Shown here: one piece after another, positions 23,546-44,122 of the stretch
How the letters are laid out: each line of letters opens with the position of its first letter
Numbering within the stretch: the stretch's first letter is position 1
Source of the DNA: the human T2T-CHM13v2.0 reference genome, Homo sapiens
DNA length: 64,000 nucleotides
Assembly: GCF_009914755.1 (NCBI RefSeq)
Contig: NC_060931.1
Strand: one strand, 5' to 3'
Notes under the pieces: generated by a model
Databases searched by the model: none
What the model was told of the DNA's origin: nothing
The model's input: the letters and a program-made list of their open reading frames with translations, nothing else
Made by a program: the position numbers and the translations under genes

Positions 23546-24003
23546 TTAGTATTTTAATATCTTATGATTGTGAGTCACAGTTGCCCCATTTGGTTTACTG
23601 GAAAGCAGTTATTTATCTTCTAAATGTAAACAGAGAATAGACTTTCTATAATCCTAAGCATACAGATCTTTTAAGATTAGCACTGTGTTTATGTAAAATT
23701 CATAGCTTTGTAGTAACAGAAATGTTAATATTTTTTCTAATGAAAGTGAAAAATCAATAGAAATAACTTGTTAAAATGAGTTTAAAAGAAACTTCACGTG
23801 TTCATTAAATAACATTTAAAACCCCATTGTAAGTGACTGATTATTCCAATATATTTCATTTTAATCACTGAGAAAACTTAATATCTTTAAATTCTTCAGT
23901 TGGAAAAAGTATTATTATAGTAGTGTTTCTGAAAGTTTCAGAAACTGTTGACCACTCAATAGATGAGGAGGCACATACAGATCACAAATTTTCTATATAA
24001 TAG

Positions 24004-24324
<321 letters not shown>

Positions 24325-24619
24325 TAGCTTTTAATATAAAAATTAAACATATTTCAAAAGTAAAATTAGTGGCTCTTTTAAGTCATGAGAAGGATATCTT
24401 TGTTAGAATCAATTTGCCAAAGTATTTACGTTAAGCTTAGTAATAAGTGCTTTAAACCAAAATTCAAGTTCTACATACTCTCTCAGGATAAAAAGTGGCT
24501 TTTATTTTTTTACCAATAAAATATTTTTTAAACTGTTATTTCCAATTTAGAGGGGGTATACTTAACCTTTCTAGACTCCCTCAGTAATTGGTAAATTACT
24601 CTTTTTATTTTGTTATTAT

Positions 24620-24807
<188 letters not shown>

Positions 24808-25532
24808 TAATGTCTGCTAGTTCTAGGGGTGCACGAAGATTTAAAGGGCACATTTTTCCGGGATTTGGCCATAACATGAGCACTGGAAATGAAAGAAATA
24901 GGTCCCATAGGGAAGGCAGTGCCCGTGAGGGTAGAATCTGGGTGTGGGTGTGACCACTCCCCATCCCAACTTGGCTCTATCTTGTCCTTTGAAGAGACAG
25001 AGTAATAGCAAAAGGCAAGAAGGGGACTTGGGTTTGGGGTCACAAGGCCTGATTTTAGGTCTGGAGTTGGCCTCTTAAAGGCTATGTGAAGTTGGCAATG
25101 TCTTCAGTCCCTCTCCTGCATTTGCAAAATGAGGAAGGTGAGGCTGGATGAGTTCTGAGGTTCCTTTCAGTCTTTTTTAAAAAAATTTTTATTTCCATAG
25201 GTTTTTGGGGAGCAGGTGGTATTTGGTTACCCAAGTAAGTTCTTCAGTGGTGATTTGTGAGATTTTGGTGCACCCATCACTCAAGCAGTATACACTGAAC
25301 CCAATGTGTAGTATTTTCTCTCTCACCTTCTTCCCACCCTTTCCCCCTGAGTCTTAAAATCTGTTGTGTCATTCTTATGCCTTTGCATCCTCATAGCTTA
25401 GCTCCCACTTATGAGTAAAACATACGAGTTTGGTTTTCCATTCCTGAGTTATTTCACTTAGAATAATAGTCTCCAATCTCATCCAGGTTTCTGTGAATGC
25501 CATTAACTGATTCCTTTTTATGGCTGAGTAGT

Positions 25533-25625
25533 ATTCGATTATATATATATTTGATTATATATATATATTTGATTATTATATATATTCGATTATATATATA
25601 TATATATCCACTTGTTTATATATAG
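25533..25625. repeat. AT-rich tandem repeat (gattatatatatattt)n
   Basis: Directly visible tandem units. Confidence 0.8.
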
Positions 25626-27174
25626 TTTTCATCCACTTGTTGATTGATGGGCATTTGGATTGGTTCCACATTTTTGCAATTGCAAATTGTACTGCTATAA
25701 ACATGCCTGTGCAAGTATTTTTTTTGTATAATGACTTCTTTTCCTCTGGATAGATACTCAGTAGTGGGATTGCTAGATCAAATGGTAGTTCTATTTTTAG
25801 TTCTTTAAGGAATCTCCATACTGTTTTCCATAGTGGTTATACTAGTTTACATTCCCATCAGCCGTGCAGAAGTGTTCCCTTTTCGCCACATCCATGCCAT
25901 CTATTTTTTTTAATCTTTTGATTATGGCCATTCCTGTGAAAGTAAGATTGTATTGCATTTTGGTTTTGATTTGCATTTCCTTGATCATCAGTGATGTTGT
26001 GCACTTTTTCATATGTTTGTTGGCCATTTGTGTATCTTCTTTTGAGAATTGTTTATTCATTTTCTTAGCCCACTTTTTGATGGGATTGTTTGTTCGTTCT
26101 TGCTATTTTGTTTGAGTTCATTGTAAATTCTGGATATTAGTCCTTTGTCAGATGTATAAATTGTGAAAATTTTCCCCCATTCTGTGGGTTGTTGTTTACT
26201 GACTGTTTCTTTTGCTGTGCTAACGTTCTTTAGTTTAATTAAGTTCCACCTATTTATCTTTGTTTTTATCGAATTTGCTTTTGGGTTCTTGATCATGAAG
26301 TTTTTGCCAAAGCCAATGTCTAGAATGGTTTTTCCAATATTATCATTGAGAATTTTTTGTTTCAGGTCTTAGATTTAAGACCTTTATCTATCTTGAATTG
26401 ATTTTTGTATAAGGTGAGAAATGAAGATCCAGTTACATTCTTCTACATGTGGCTTGCAAATGATCCCAGCACCATTTGTTGAATAGGGTGTCCTTTCACA
26501 CTTTTTTTTTATTGTTGTTGCTTTGTTGAAGATCAGTGGGCTATAAGTATTTGGGTTTATTTCTGGGTTCTCTATTCTGTTTCATTGGTCTATGTGCCTA
26601 TTTTTATATCTGTACCATGCAGTTTTGGTGACTCTGGCCTTATAGTATAGTTTGAAATCAGGTAATGTGATGTCTCCAGAAATGTTCTTTTTGCTTAATC
26701 TTGCTTTGGTTTGTGGACTCTTTTTTGGTTCTATATGAATTTTCAGATTGCATTTTCTAGTTCTGTGAATAATGATGGTGGTATTTTGATGGGAATTGCA
26801 TGGGATTTGTAGATTGCTTTTGGCAGTATAGCCATGTTTACAATGTTGATTTACCCATTCATGAGCATGGGATGTGTATTTATTTGATTGTGTCATCTAT
26901 GATTTCTTTCAACAGTGTTTTGTAGTTTGGTGTATTCCTAAGTGTTTTATTTTTTTTTCAGCTATTATAAAAGGGGTTGGGTTGTTTATTTGATTTTCAG
27001 CTTGGGGTGCTGTTGGTGTATAGCAGAGCTATGGATTTGTGTACATTAATTTTGTATCCTGAAACTTTGCTGAGTTCATTTATCACTTCTAGAAGCTTTA
27101 TGGAAGAGTCTTTAGGGTTTTCTAGGTATACAATTATATCAGCAGCCAACAGCAACAGCAACAAAAAGCAGTTG

Positions 27175-27523
<349 letters not shown>

Positions 27524-29416
27524 TTTGCACATCTTTTTGATATGCTGTTGGATTTGGTTAGCTAGTATTTGGTTACGAATTTTTGCATCTATATTCATCA
27601 GGGATATTGGTCTATAGTTTTTTTATTGGTTGTGTCCTTTCCTGGTTTTTGGTATTAGGGTGATACTGGCTTTATAGAATGATTTAAGGAGGATTCCGTC
27701 TTTCTCTATCTTGTGGAGTAGTGTCAATAGGATTGGTACCAATTCTTCTTTAAATGTCTGGTAGAATTCAGCTGTGAATTTGTCTGGTCCTGGACTTTTT
27801 TTTGTTGTTGTTGGCAATTTTGTTATTACCATTTCAATCTCGCTGCTTCTTATTGGTCTGTTCAGGATTTCTAATTCTTCCTGATTTAAGCTAGGAGGGT
27901 TGTATCTTTCAAGGAATTTATACATCTTCTTCTGGTTTTCTAGTTTATGCATATAAAGATGTTTAAATAGTACCTTAAATAATCTTTTGTATTTTTGTGG
28001 TGTTAGTTGTAATAGCTCTTGTTTCATTTCTAATTGAGGTTCTCTGGATCCTCTCCTTTTCTTGGTGAATCTTGCTAATGGTCTATCAATTTTATTTATC
28101 TTTTCAAAGAACCAGGTTTTAGTTTCATTTATCTTTTCTATTATTTTGTTTCATTTTCATTTGTTCTGTTGGGATCTTGGTTATTTCCTTTCTTCTCCTG
28201 GGTTTGGGTTTAGTTTGTTTTTGTTTCCCTAGTTCCTTGAGGTATAAACTTGGATTGTCTATTTGTGCTCTTTCAGACTTTTTGTTGTAAGCATTTAGGG
28301 CTATAAATTTTCTCTTAGCACTGCATTTGCTGTATCCTGGAAGTTTTGATATTATTCAGTTAGAAGATTTTTTTAAATATCCATCTTGATTTTATTGTTG
28401 ACCCAATGATCATTCAGGAGCAAGTTATTTAATTTTCATGTATTTGCATGATTTTGAAGGTCCCTTTTGGAGTTGATTTCTGGTTTTATTCCACTGTGGT
28501 CTGAGACAGTACCTGATATAATTTCAACTTTCTTAAATTTACTGAGACTTGTTTTGTAGTCTATCCTGTGGTTTATCTTGGAGAAAGTTCCATGCACTGA
28601 TGAATAGAATGTATATTCTGTGGTTGTTTGGTAGAATGTTCCATAAATATCTGTTAAGTCAACTTGTTCCAGGGTATAATTTAAATCCATTGTCTCTTTG
28701 TTGACTTTCTGTCTTGATGACCTGTCTAGTGCTGTCAGTGGGGTACTGAAGTCCCCCATTACTATTGTGTTGCTGTCTATCTCATTTCTTAGGTCCAGTA
28801 GTAATTGTTTTATAAATTTGAGCACTCCAGTGTTAGGTGCATATATATATTTAAGATTGTAATATTTTTCTGTTGGACAAGGCCTTCTATCATGATATAA
28901 TTTCCTTCTTTGTCTTTTTTAACTGCTGTTACTTTAAAGTTTGTTTTGTCTAATATAAGAATAGCTACTCTTACTCACTTTTTGTGTCCATTTGCATGGA
29001 ATTTCTTTTTCCACCTCATTACCTTAAGTTTATGTGAGTCCTTATGTGCTAGGAGAGTGTCTTGAAGGCAGTAGATAGTTGGTCAATGAATTCTTATCCA
29101 TTCTACAATTCTGTATCTTTTAAGTGGAGTGTTTAGGTCATTTGCATTCAACGTTAGTATTGATATGTGAGGTAGTATTCTATTCATGATGGTGTTTGTT
29201 GCCTGTATACCTTGTTTTTTTATTTGTTTGTTTTATAGGTTCTGTGAGATTTATGCTTTAAAGAGGTTCTGTTTTAACATGTTTCCAGAATTTGTTTCAA
29301 GATTTAGAGCTCTTTTTAACAGTTCTGGTAGTGCTGGCTTCATAGTGGCAAATTCTCTCAGCATTTGTTTGTCTAAAAACAACAGTATCTTTTCTTCATT
29401 TATAAAGCTTAGTTTT

Positions 29417-29720
29417 GGCTGGGTGCAGCGGCTCACACCTGTAATCCCAGCACTTTGGGAGGCCAAGGTGGGTGGATCATAAGGTCAGGAGATCAAGACC
29501 ATCCCGGCCAACATGTTGAAACCCTGTATCTACTAAAAATACAAAAAAATTACCTGGGTGTGGTGGCATACACTTGTAGTCCCAGCTTCTCAGGAGGCTG
29601 AGGCAGGAGAATTGCTTGAACCCAGGAGGCAGAGGTTGCAGTGAGCCGAGATCACACCACCGCACTCTAGCTTGGCAAAAGAGTGAGACTTCATCTCAAA
29701 TAAATAAATAAATAAATAAG
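29417..29720 (+). mobile_element. AluS-like, in L1 ORF1
   Basis: Sense Alu, (aaat)n tail, TSD taaagcttagttt. Confidence 0.9.
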
Positions 29721-31829
29721 TAAAGCTTAGTTTCATTGGATACAAAATCCTTGTCTGATAATTGTTTTGTTCAAGGAGGCTGAAGGTAGGGCCCCAATCT
29801 CTTCTATCTTGTAAAGTTTCTGCTGAGAAATCTGCTGTTAATCTGATAGATTTTCCTTTAGAGGTTACCTGGTGCTTTTGCCTCACAGTTCTTAAAATTC
29901 TTTCCTTCATCTTGACTTTGGATAACCTGATGACAGTGTGTCTAGGTGATGATCTTTTTGTGATGAATTTTCCAGGTGTTCTTCAATTTTCTTGTATTTG
30001 GATTTCTAGGTCTCCAGCAAAGCTGGGGAAGTTTTCCTCGATTATTCCCCTAAATACATTTTCCAAACTTTTATATTTCTCTTCTTTCTCAGGAACACCA
30101 GTTATGCTTAGGTTTGGTCACTTAACATAATCCCAGACTTCTTGAAGGCTTTATTTTTTCTTATTCTTTTTTCTTTGTCTCTGTTGGACTGGGTTAATTC
30201 AAAAACCTTGTCTTTGAGCTCTGTAATTCTTTCTTCTGCTTGTTTGATTCTATTGCTGAGACTTTCGAGAACATTTTTTATTTCTCTAAGTGCATCCTTT
30301 ATTTCCTGCAGTTGTGATTGCTTTTTATTCATGTTATCTATTTCACTGACAATTTCTCCTCTCATTTCTTGTATTTTTTTGATTTTTTAAAAATTGGACT
30401 TCACCTTTCTCTGATACCTCCTAGATTAGCTTAATAAATGACCTTCTGAATTATTTTTCAGGTAAATCAGGGATTTCTTCTTGGTTTGGATTCATTGCTG
30501 GTGAGCTAATGTGTTTTTTGGGGGATGTTAAAAAACCTTGTTTTGTCATAGTACCAGATTTTTTTTTCTGGTTCTTTCTCATTTGGGTAGGCTATGTCAG
30601 AGGGAAGGTCTAGGGCTCAAGGCTGCTGTTCAGATTCTTTTGTCCCATTGGGTGTTCCTTTGATGTACTACTGTACACCCTTTTTTAGAGATGTGGCTTC
30701 CTGAGAGCTGAGCTGTAGTGATTGTTATCTCTTTTCTGGATCTAGCCACCCAGCAGGTCTACCAGCCTTTGGGCTGGTACACTGGGGGTTGTCTGCACAG
30801 AGTCCTGTAATGTGAACTGTCTGCAGGTGTCTCAGCCAGGATTTCCTTGGATAGGGCTTGCTACAGCTGCTGCAGGAAATGGGGGTGTTTTTCCCAGGTT
30901 AATAGAGATCTGCTCTCAGAAGGATTATGGCTGCCTCTGTGGTGTCATGCAGGTTGTCAGGGAAGTGGAAGAGAGCCAGCAGTTACATGCCTCACTCAGC
31001 TCCCATGCAACCCAAAAGGTCGGTCTCATTCCCACCGTACCCCACCCCTCAACAGCACTGAGATTTTTTCCAGCCAGTGGGTGAGCAGGGCTGAGTACTT
31101 GCCCCAGGCTACCAGCCTCCCAGCTGAGAAAGTGAGCAGGGCTTTGGTGCCTCCCTTCCTGTAGAGACTGCACACCAGATTCATGCCTTCCCCAGAGTTC
31201 TTGCCAGGAGACTTTGTGTTCAGTTGGAATTGTTACAAAGTTCAGCTGGAGGTTTCCTTCCTCTTGTGGTCTTTTCCAAGTACTTCTGGCAGCCCTCCCC
31301 TAAAACCCCTTCGAGGCAAGTATGAAATAGCTTCCCAGGGAACACAGAGAGCCCACAGGGCTTTTTCTGCTGTTTCCTCTATCCCTATATTTCAGTCACT
31401 CTCTAAACTGACTCAGCTCCAGGTAAGGTGAGATCCTTCTCCCATGATCTAGACATTCATTTTCCCCAGTAAGGGTATGTGTTTGGGGGTGGATGATCCC
31501 TTTTTCCCACTTTCACAGATTGGGCACTCACAGTATTTGGGCTGTCTCCTAAGTCCTGCAGGAGCAATCCACTTTCTTCAGAGGGTCTGTGGGTTCTCTC
31601 AGCATTCCTGGTTTATTCCTGCAGTAGTTCTGGAGCAAAAATTCACGATGCAAGTCTCCACACCCTGCTTTGTCTGTCCTAGTGGGAGCTGCAATCTGGT
31701 TCTGCCTCCTGAATGCCATTTTTTTTTTCCAAAAAAGTGGTTTGCAAATTTCTCTTTATTTTTTTACTAAATTACGAAATTCAGAGGCAAAATACTAGAT
31801 CAGGAATAAAAACAAGCATCAGGTGAGAG

Positions 31830-32400
<571 letters not shown>

Positions 32401-32559
32401 GTCAATTCTGTTAGATCATGATTAATGTTAAGCCTGAAAACAGGGTCGCTACATCAGTGGTTTGTAACCCATGTTTATTCTAGTTAGTCTGGGGCTATAA
32501 TACTAGTTAAATATTTTTAATACTATCCTTTTTTTAAAAAAAAGCATAATAGTATTTTT

Positions 32560-33060
32560 GATTGGCATATCAAAGTTGTATACATTTCTGGAGTACAATA
32601 TGATGCTTGAATATATATATATAAAAAATATGGAATGATTAAATCAAGTTAAATAACATATCTATCAACTTGCTTACCTATCATTTTTTTGTGGTGAGAC
32701 ACTTGAAATTTACATTTAGTTATTTTAAAATATACAGTACATTATTTTTTATGACAGTCACCCTGCTGTGCAATAGATCTCAAAACCTACTTACCCCTTC
32801 TATTTGAAACTTTGTACCCTTTGATGAACAACTCCCTATTTTCTTCCCACCACACTCAGCCTCTGTTAAAGATGATTTTACTTTCTATTTTTTTGAGTTA
32901 AACTTTATTCTATATATAAATGAGGTCATGCAGTATCTTTCTGTCTCAGGGTTATACCATCTAGCATAATGTCTTCCAAATTTATCTATATTGTTTCAAA
33001 TTATGAGATTTACCCCCTTTTAAGACTGAATAGTATTCCATTGTGTATCTATGCCACATT
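32560..33060 (-). mobile_element. Old L1M 3' fragment
   Basis: gtcaccctgctgtgcaatagatctc...aactttgtaccctttga L1MA 3' UTR motifs. Confidence 0.65.
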
Positions 33061-33083
33061 TGTTTTACAAAAAAATAATTTAA

Positions 33084-33380
<297 letters not shown>

Positions 33381-33702
33381 CTATTCGTTGAAAAACTCAT
33401 GTCATGGAAGAGTATTTCTGTGTTAAAACATGTATTAATATCATTCAGCATATATGTATATTATTAATAATAGTTAATTTGTACTGAGCACTAGCCGTAA
33501 CACAATTTATGTGTTAATAAATTTAATTCTCACAGTAACTGAATAACAGGTATTATTATCCTCATTTTACAGAGAAAGAAACAAAGCCAAGGAGAAAAAT
33601 GACTTGCTTACCATACCAAAGCCAATATTAAACCACAGGCAACTTTGTCTCCAGAGATAAACCAATAAAACAATAAAAACCCTCTTCAAACAGAAAAATT
33701 AG

Positions 33703-34025
<323 letters not shown>

Positions 34026-34036
34026 AAAGCATAATT

Positions 34037-34466
<430 letters not shown>

Positions 34467-34944
34467 CACAAAATAATTATTTTTAACACTAATTTTTAAA
34501 TAAAAGTTAACCAGAATTGAGTAATTGGATACATTTTCATTGTTCTATGTGCTTGTGAATGTATAAAATGATATATAAAGGAGAAATAAGCCAGAAAAAG
34601 GATAATTTAGTTAATATTTCAATGAATAAAATTGGAAAGTAGTTAATTATTATTTGCAGATGATATCTTTGTTTGCTTAGATGACAAAAGCAAGTAAAAG
34701 ACTATTTTAAAAGTCTATTCAGGTGGCTAGGCAAAATTCTAAGATGATCCTCAGGATTCCCAGTCTGTTGCACACCTGGTGTATAATCCTTTTTTTGTTA
34801 AGTGTAAAAAAAAAAAGTGTGACTGTGGAGGAAAATCACTCATGAAATTAGGTTACTAATGTGTTGCCTTTGTGTTCCTCAAAAGAGAGATTATCTTGAT
34901 TGGGCTAAACTGAATCAGAGGTGCTTTTAAAAGAAAGGGACACA

Positions 34945-35250
34945 TCCTGGTCACAGTGGCTCACGCCTGTAATCCTAGCCCTTTGGAGGCCTAGGCGGGT
35001 GGATCATAAGGTCAAGAGATGGAGACCATCCTGGCCAACATGGTGAAACACTGTCTCTATGAAAAATACAAAAATTAGCTGGGCATGGTGGCGTGCGCCT
35101 GTAGTCTCAGCTATTCGGGTGCCTGAGACAGAATTGCTTGAACCCGGGAGGCAGAAGTTGTGGTAAGCCGAGATCGTGCCACTGCATTCCAGCCTGATGA
35201 CAGAGTGAGACTTTGTCTCAAAAAGAAAACAAAACAAAACAAACAAAGAA
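34945..35250 (+). mobile_element. AluS-like within an MLT1-like LTR remnant (about 34720-35350)
   Basis: Sense Alu; flanks have MLT1-type motifs (gagattatcttgattgggc; ggccacatggcaggaa). Confidence 0.75.
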
Positions 35251-35868
35251 AAGGACATGTCAGAGAAAAACACCCCTGCTGGTCTGGAAGTAAGAGACTT
35301 CCAGGCGGGCCATGCTAAACTGCTTATGGAGGCCACATGGCAGGAAATATACTTGTATCTTTTCATCATTCCTGTCTCCCACATGTTGCTTCCAGTAGGG
35401 AGGACAAGAGGATCCCATGGATCCTCTCCATGGCAGAGGAAAGAAGAGGGGGTTCTCATTCATTCAATAAATAATCACCTGATCTGAGATAGCTTAAGAT
35501 AAACAGAGGAGACCACAACATGACCACATCAATGGGAGGAAGGAGGCAATCTGGTTGAAAGGGGTCACTGGCATTATGAAGCAACATTTAGTAAGTCGTA
35601 GTGAATGATGAACCTGTGGGATATTGATAGTCTACCATCAGTGAGGGTGAACTCATTCTTACTCTAATTAAATCAGCATGTGTTCACCATTCTGGTGACC
35701 CAGTTTTACACTACTCATTACAGAAATACCATGGGGACCAGTAGGTACCCTCCTAGAATTAAAATTATCATGAAAAACATATCTAATTTTTCATTTTCAC
35801 AACTGAAAAATCTTGAAAACATAATTAATTTGATGATGAACTTATCTTCTGTTAATTTTAGATTTTAG

Positions 35869-38884
<3,016 letters not shown>

Positions 38885-39191
38885 TGAATATTTCTTTAAT
38901 GTATGAACAGTTACATAGATATCTGCTCTTAGAGTAACATAATAAAAGTAACAATTAGAGAAAACATTTGAAATGGGATAAAATTAATCAAAACCACATC
39001 TTTTCAAAGGCTTGGCATAATTGCCATGCTTTTTGAAATGCTCAGATTGCTAAGAAGAAGCAAAGACAAGATTTTGGCTTTGCTCAATCATTAAGTTATT
39101 GACCTTATGAAATCTAAACTCCTGGCTAAAGGATTTGACAGGCATATTCTTTAGGTGGCTTCCTAGGGTATCCAAGAAAATATAAGAAGAA

Positions 39192-41161
39192 TTTTTTTTG
39201 TTTGTTTGTTTGTTTGCTTTTCTTTTTTTTTCTCTTTTTCTTTTTTTCTTTCTTTTCTTTTTTCTTTTTTTTTTTTTTAATTTTTATTTTTTTAATTGAT
39301 CATTCTTGGGTGTTTCTCACAGACGGGGATTCGGCAGGGTCATAGGACAATAGTGGAGGGAAGGTCGGCAGATACACAAGTGAACAAAGGTCTCTGGTCT
39401 TCCCAGGCAGAGGACCCTGCGGCCTTCCACAGTGTCTGTGTCCCTGGGTACCTGAGACTAGGGAGTGGTGATGATTCTCAACGAGCATGCTGCCTTCAAG
39501 CATCTGTTTAACAAAGCACATCTTGCACCGCCCTTAATCCATTTAACCCTGAGTGGACACAGCACATGTTTCAGAGAGCACAGGGTTGGGGATAAGGTCA
39601 CAGATCAACAGGATCCCAAGGCAGAAGAATTTTTCTTAGTACAGAACAAAATGAAAAGTCTCCCAAGTCTACTTCTTTCTACACAGACACGGCAACCATC
39701 CGATTTCTCAATCTTTTCCCCACCTTTCCCCCCTTTTCTATTCCACAAAACCGCCATTGTCATCCCGGCCGTTCTCAGTGAGCTGTTGGGTACACCTCCC
39801 AGACGGGGTGGTGGCCGGGCAGAGGGGCTCCTCACTTCCCAGTAGGGGCGGCCGGGCAGAGGCGCCCCTCACCTCCCGGACGGGGTGGCTGGCCGGGCGG
39901 GGGGCTGACCCCCCCACCTCCTTCCCGGACGGGGCGGCTGGCCAGGCAGAGGGGCTCCTCACTTCCCAGTAGGGGCAGCCGGGCAGAGGCGCCCCTCACC
40001 TCCCGGACGGGGCGGCTGGCCAGGTGGGGGGCTGACCCCACCTCCCTCCCGGACGGGGCGGCTGGCCGGGCGGGGGGCTGACCCTCCCACCTCCCTCCTG
40101 GACGGGGCGGCCGGCCGGGCGGGGGGCTGACTCCCCCACCTCCCTCCCGGACGGGGTGGCTGGCCAGGCAGAGGGGCTCCTCACTTCCCAGTAGGGGCAG
40201 CCAGGCAGAGGCGCCCCTCACCTCCCGGACGGGGTGGCTGGCCGGGTGGGGGGCTGACCCCCCCACCTCCCTCCCGGACGGGGCGGCTGGCCGGGCAGAG
40301 GGGCTCCTCACTTCCCAGTAGGGGCAGCCGGGCAGAGGCGCCCCTCACCTCCCGGACGGGGTGGCTGGCCGGGCGGGGGGCTGACCCCCCCACCTCCCTC
40401 CCGGGCGGGGTGGCTGGCCCGGCAGAGGGGCTCCTCACTTCCCAGACGGGGTGGCTGCCGGGCAGAGGGGCTTCTCACTTCTCAGATGGGGCGGCTGCCG
40501 GGCGGAGGGGCTCCTCACCTCTCAGATGGGGCGGATGCTGGGCCGAGGGTCTCCTCACCTCTCAGACGGGGTGGCTGGGCAGAGACGCTCCTCACCTCCC
40601 AGACGGGGTCGCGGCCAGGCAGAGACGCCCCTCACCTCCCAGACGGGGTGGCGGCCGGGCAGAGGCTGCAATCTCGGCACTTTGGGAGGCCAAGGCAGGC
40701 GGCCGGGAGATGGAGGCTGCAGCGAGCGGAGACCATGCCACTGCACTCCAGCCTGGGCACCACCGAGCACTGAGTGAACCAGACTCCGTCCGCAATCCCG
40801 GCACCCTGGGAGGCCAAGGCTGGCGGATCACTCGCGGCTAGGAGCTGGAGACCAGCCCGGCCAACACAGCGAAACCCCGTCTCCACCAAAAAAGTACGAA
40901 AACCAGTCACGCGTGGTGGCGCGCGCCCGCAACCGCAGGCACTCGGCAGGCTGAGGCAGGAGAATCAGGCAGGGAGGCTACAGTGAGCCGAAATGGCAGC
41001 AGCACAGTCCAGCCTTGGCTCAGCATCAGAGGGAGACCGCGGAAAGAGAGGGAGAGGGAGACCAAGAGGGAGAGGGGAGAGGGGAGAGGGGAGAGGGGAG
41101 AGGGGAGAGGGGAGAGGGGAGAGGGGAGAGGGGAGAGGGAAGAGGGAAGAGGGAAGAGGGC
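39192..41161 (-). mobile_element. Full-length SVA (D-like) with A>G hypermutation
   Basis: PolyT 39192-39295, SINE-R, VNTR about 39800-40660, Alu-like domain, CT-rich head 41070-41160; TSD aagaagaatttt (39184-39195 and 41162-41173). Confidence 0.95.
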
Positions 41162-41295
41162 AAGAAGAATTTTGAAGTTAGGCAGAAGAATGCATTCTAT
41201 ATACATACACTGCTCTTCTCTGATTTGCTTTAACATTAAAAGATTGAAGATTGCAAATCTGATCTCTCTATGTAGAGTAAATTAGGAAAGGATTA

Positions 41296-41715
<420 letters not shown>

Positions 41716-42404
41716 TTAAATTAAGACTCTAATAGGTGCATGTGGACAGCATTTATGTGCAATGTGATGCACCTCTACTCAGCACCTTCTTCTGCCTGCT
41801 CGCAGAGATACCAATTTTCCCTGAGTGATTCAGGGTGAATACTGAGAATTGAGAATGCTATGTTCAGAGGGATTACTAGGAACGTCATTAACACAATTGT
41901 TTCCATATTATAAAGAAATTTTATGAATCTTACTCTGCCTCAAAAACGCTTTTAGTAAAGGATTGTTTCTTTACAGTGTTCAATTTGAATTCATGGGAAA
42001 TTTCAATATTCCAGGTAAGTCAGAGACACTTAAGTGTCAACAAAATTCCATAATACGTACTTGAATAAGATAAAGTCTTCTTAGCTAAGAATTTTATTTT
42101 ATCCATAAATTTAGAGAAGAATAGAAAACCAGTACTTTGGGCCAAATAGCAGTGTTTGCCATGGAATTACCACCCAAACAAGTGCTCTCCAATATCATCA
42201 TTAAAATAGCAATAGCACCATGTGCTTTCCTAGAAACAGCTGGCCTGTTTTGCAGGGATATAAAGTGGAGAAGGCATTGAAATAATGAAGGGGGGTGATA
42301 TACATTGAATAATCATATGAAATACACTTTTTAATAAAAAGAAGCATTTGATGTTGTATAACTATAGATGAGACTATTAGTATGAGGTTATAATATTGTT
42401 ACTT

Positions 42405-42699
42405 CTTTTTTTTTTTTTTTGAGACTGAGTCTCACTCTGTCACCCAGGCTGGAGTGCAGTGGCACAATATCTCACTGCAACCTCAGCCACGCGGGTTCAA
42501 GTGATTCTCCTGACTCAGACTCCTGAGTAGCTGGGATGACAGATGCCTGCCACTGTGCCCAGTAAATTTTTGTAGTTTTTAGTAGAGACAGGGTTTCACC
42601 ATGTTGGCCAAGCTGGTCTTAGAACTTCTGACCTCATGATCCACACGCCTCGGCTTCCCAAAGTGCTGGGATTACAGGTGTGAGCCACCGCGCCTGGCC
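42405..42699 (-). mobile_element. AluS-like
   Basis: Antisense Alu consensus. Confidence 0.9.
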
Positions 42700-42752
42700 A
42701 ATATTTTTACTTCTATTGATAGGATAACTTCATTCACCATATTCTTATTTAA

Positions 42753-43535
<783 letters not shown>

Positions 43536-43829
43536 ATACTTTTCTTTCAGTGTGTTATTTATTGCTGAGAAGTGTCCTGCCAGGAAATTGCTATAATCAA
43601 TCAGCTCTACTTACATTGACTGATAGTGAGTTGAAGTGATGTGTGAATAGGAAACAGATGTGTCTTCTTGGCATCTCTTTTTAAATTTATTCACAGAAGA
43701 GGAGGATGCAGATAGAAGATGAAGAAAGATATGATCTTCCTCTTTCTTTGTCAACATGTGTGAAGTCAGAGAATAGGTAACATGGCACCCACCAGGTAGA
43801 GAATTCATCTGCATATTAAAAGATTAGGG

Positions 43830-44122
43830 TGCTATGGCAAGCTTCTTCACACACTATGTAATTGGCACACCTGGTCCAACAAATCCTCTGTGCCCTATGT
43901 AAATCAGACACCACCTCCTCAAGCACATCTATAAAACCAAATGCATCTTGCCATGAATGAAGAGATCTGTTCAGAACCCTCTGCTTCTGCATGAGGGGGC
44001 TTTTCTCTCTTGTTTATTAAAATTTCCCTCTTAAACTCACTCCTTGCATGTCCGTGTCCTTGATTTCCTTGGCATGAGGCAAGGAACCTGGGGTATTACC
44101 CCAGACAAATGATGCCACTTTA
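43830..44122 (+). mobile_element. ERV1 LTR 3' portion (MER50-like)
   Basis: tgtaaatcagacaccacctcctcaagc, TATA (ctataaaa), ATTAAA, U5 ...ggggtattaccccagac. Confidence 0.6.

Noticed and set aside
39800-40660. Regular repeat array resembling CRISPR, and long Pro/Gly/Arg ORFs
   Set aside because: SVA VNTR; no unique spacers or cas genes; GC-rich frames lack stops by composition.
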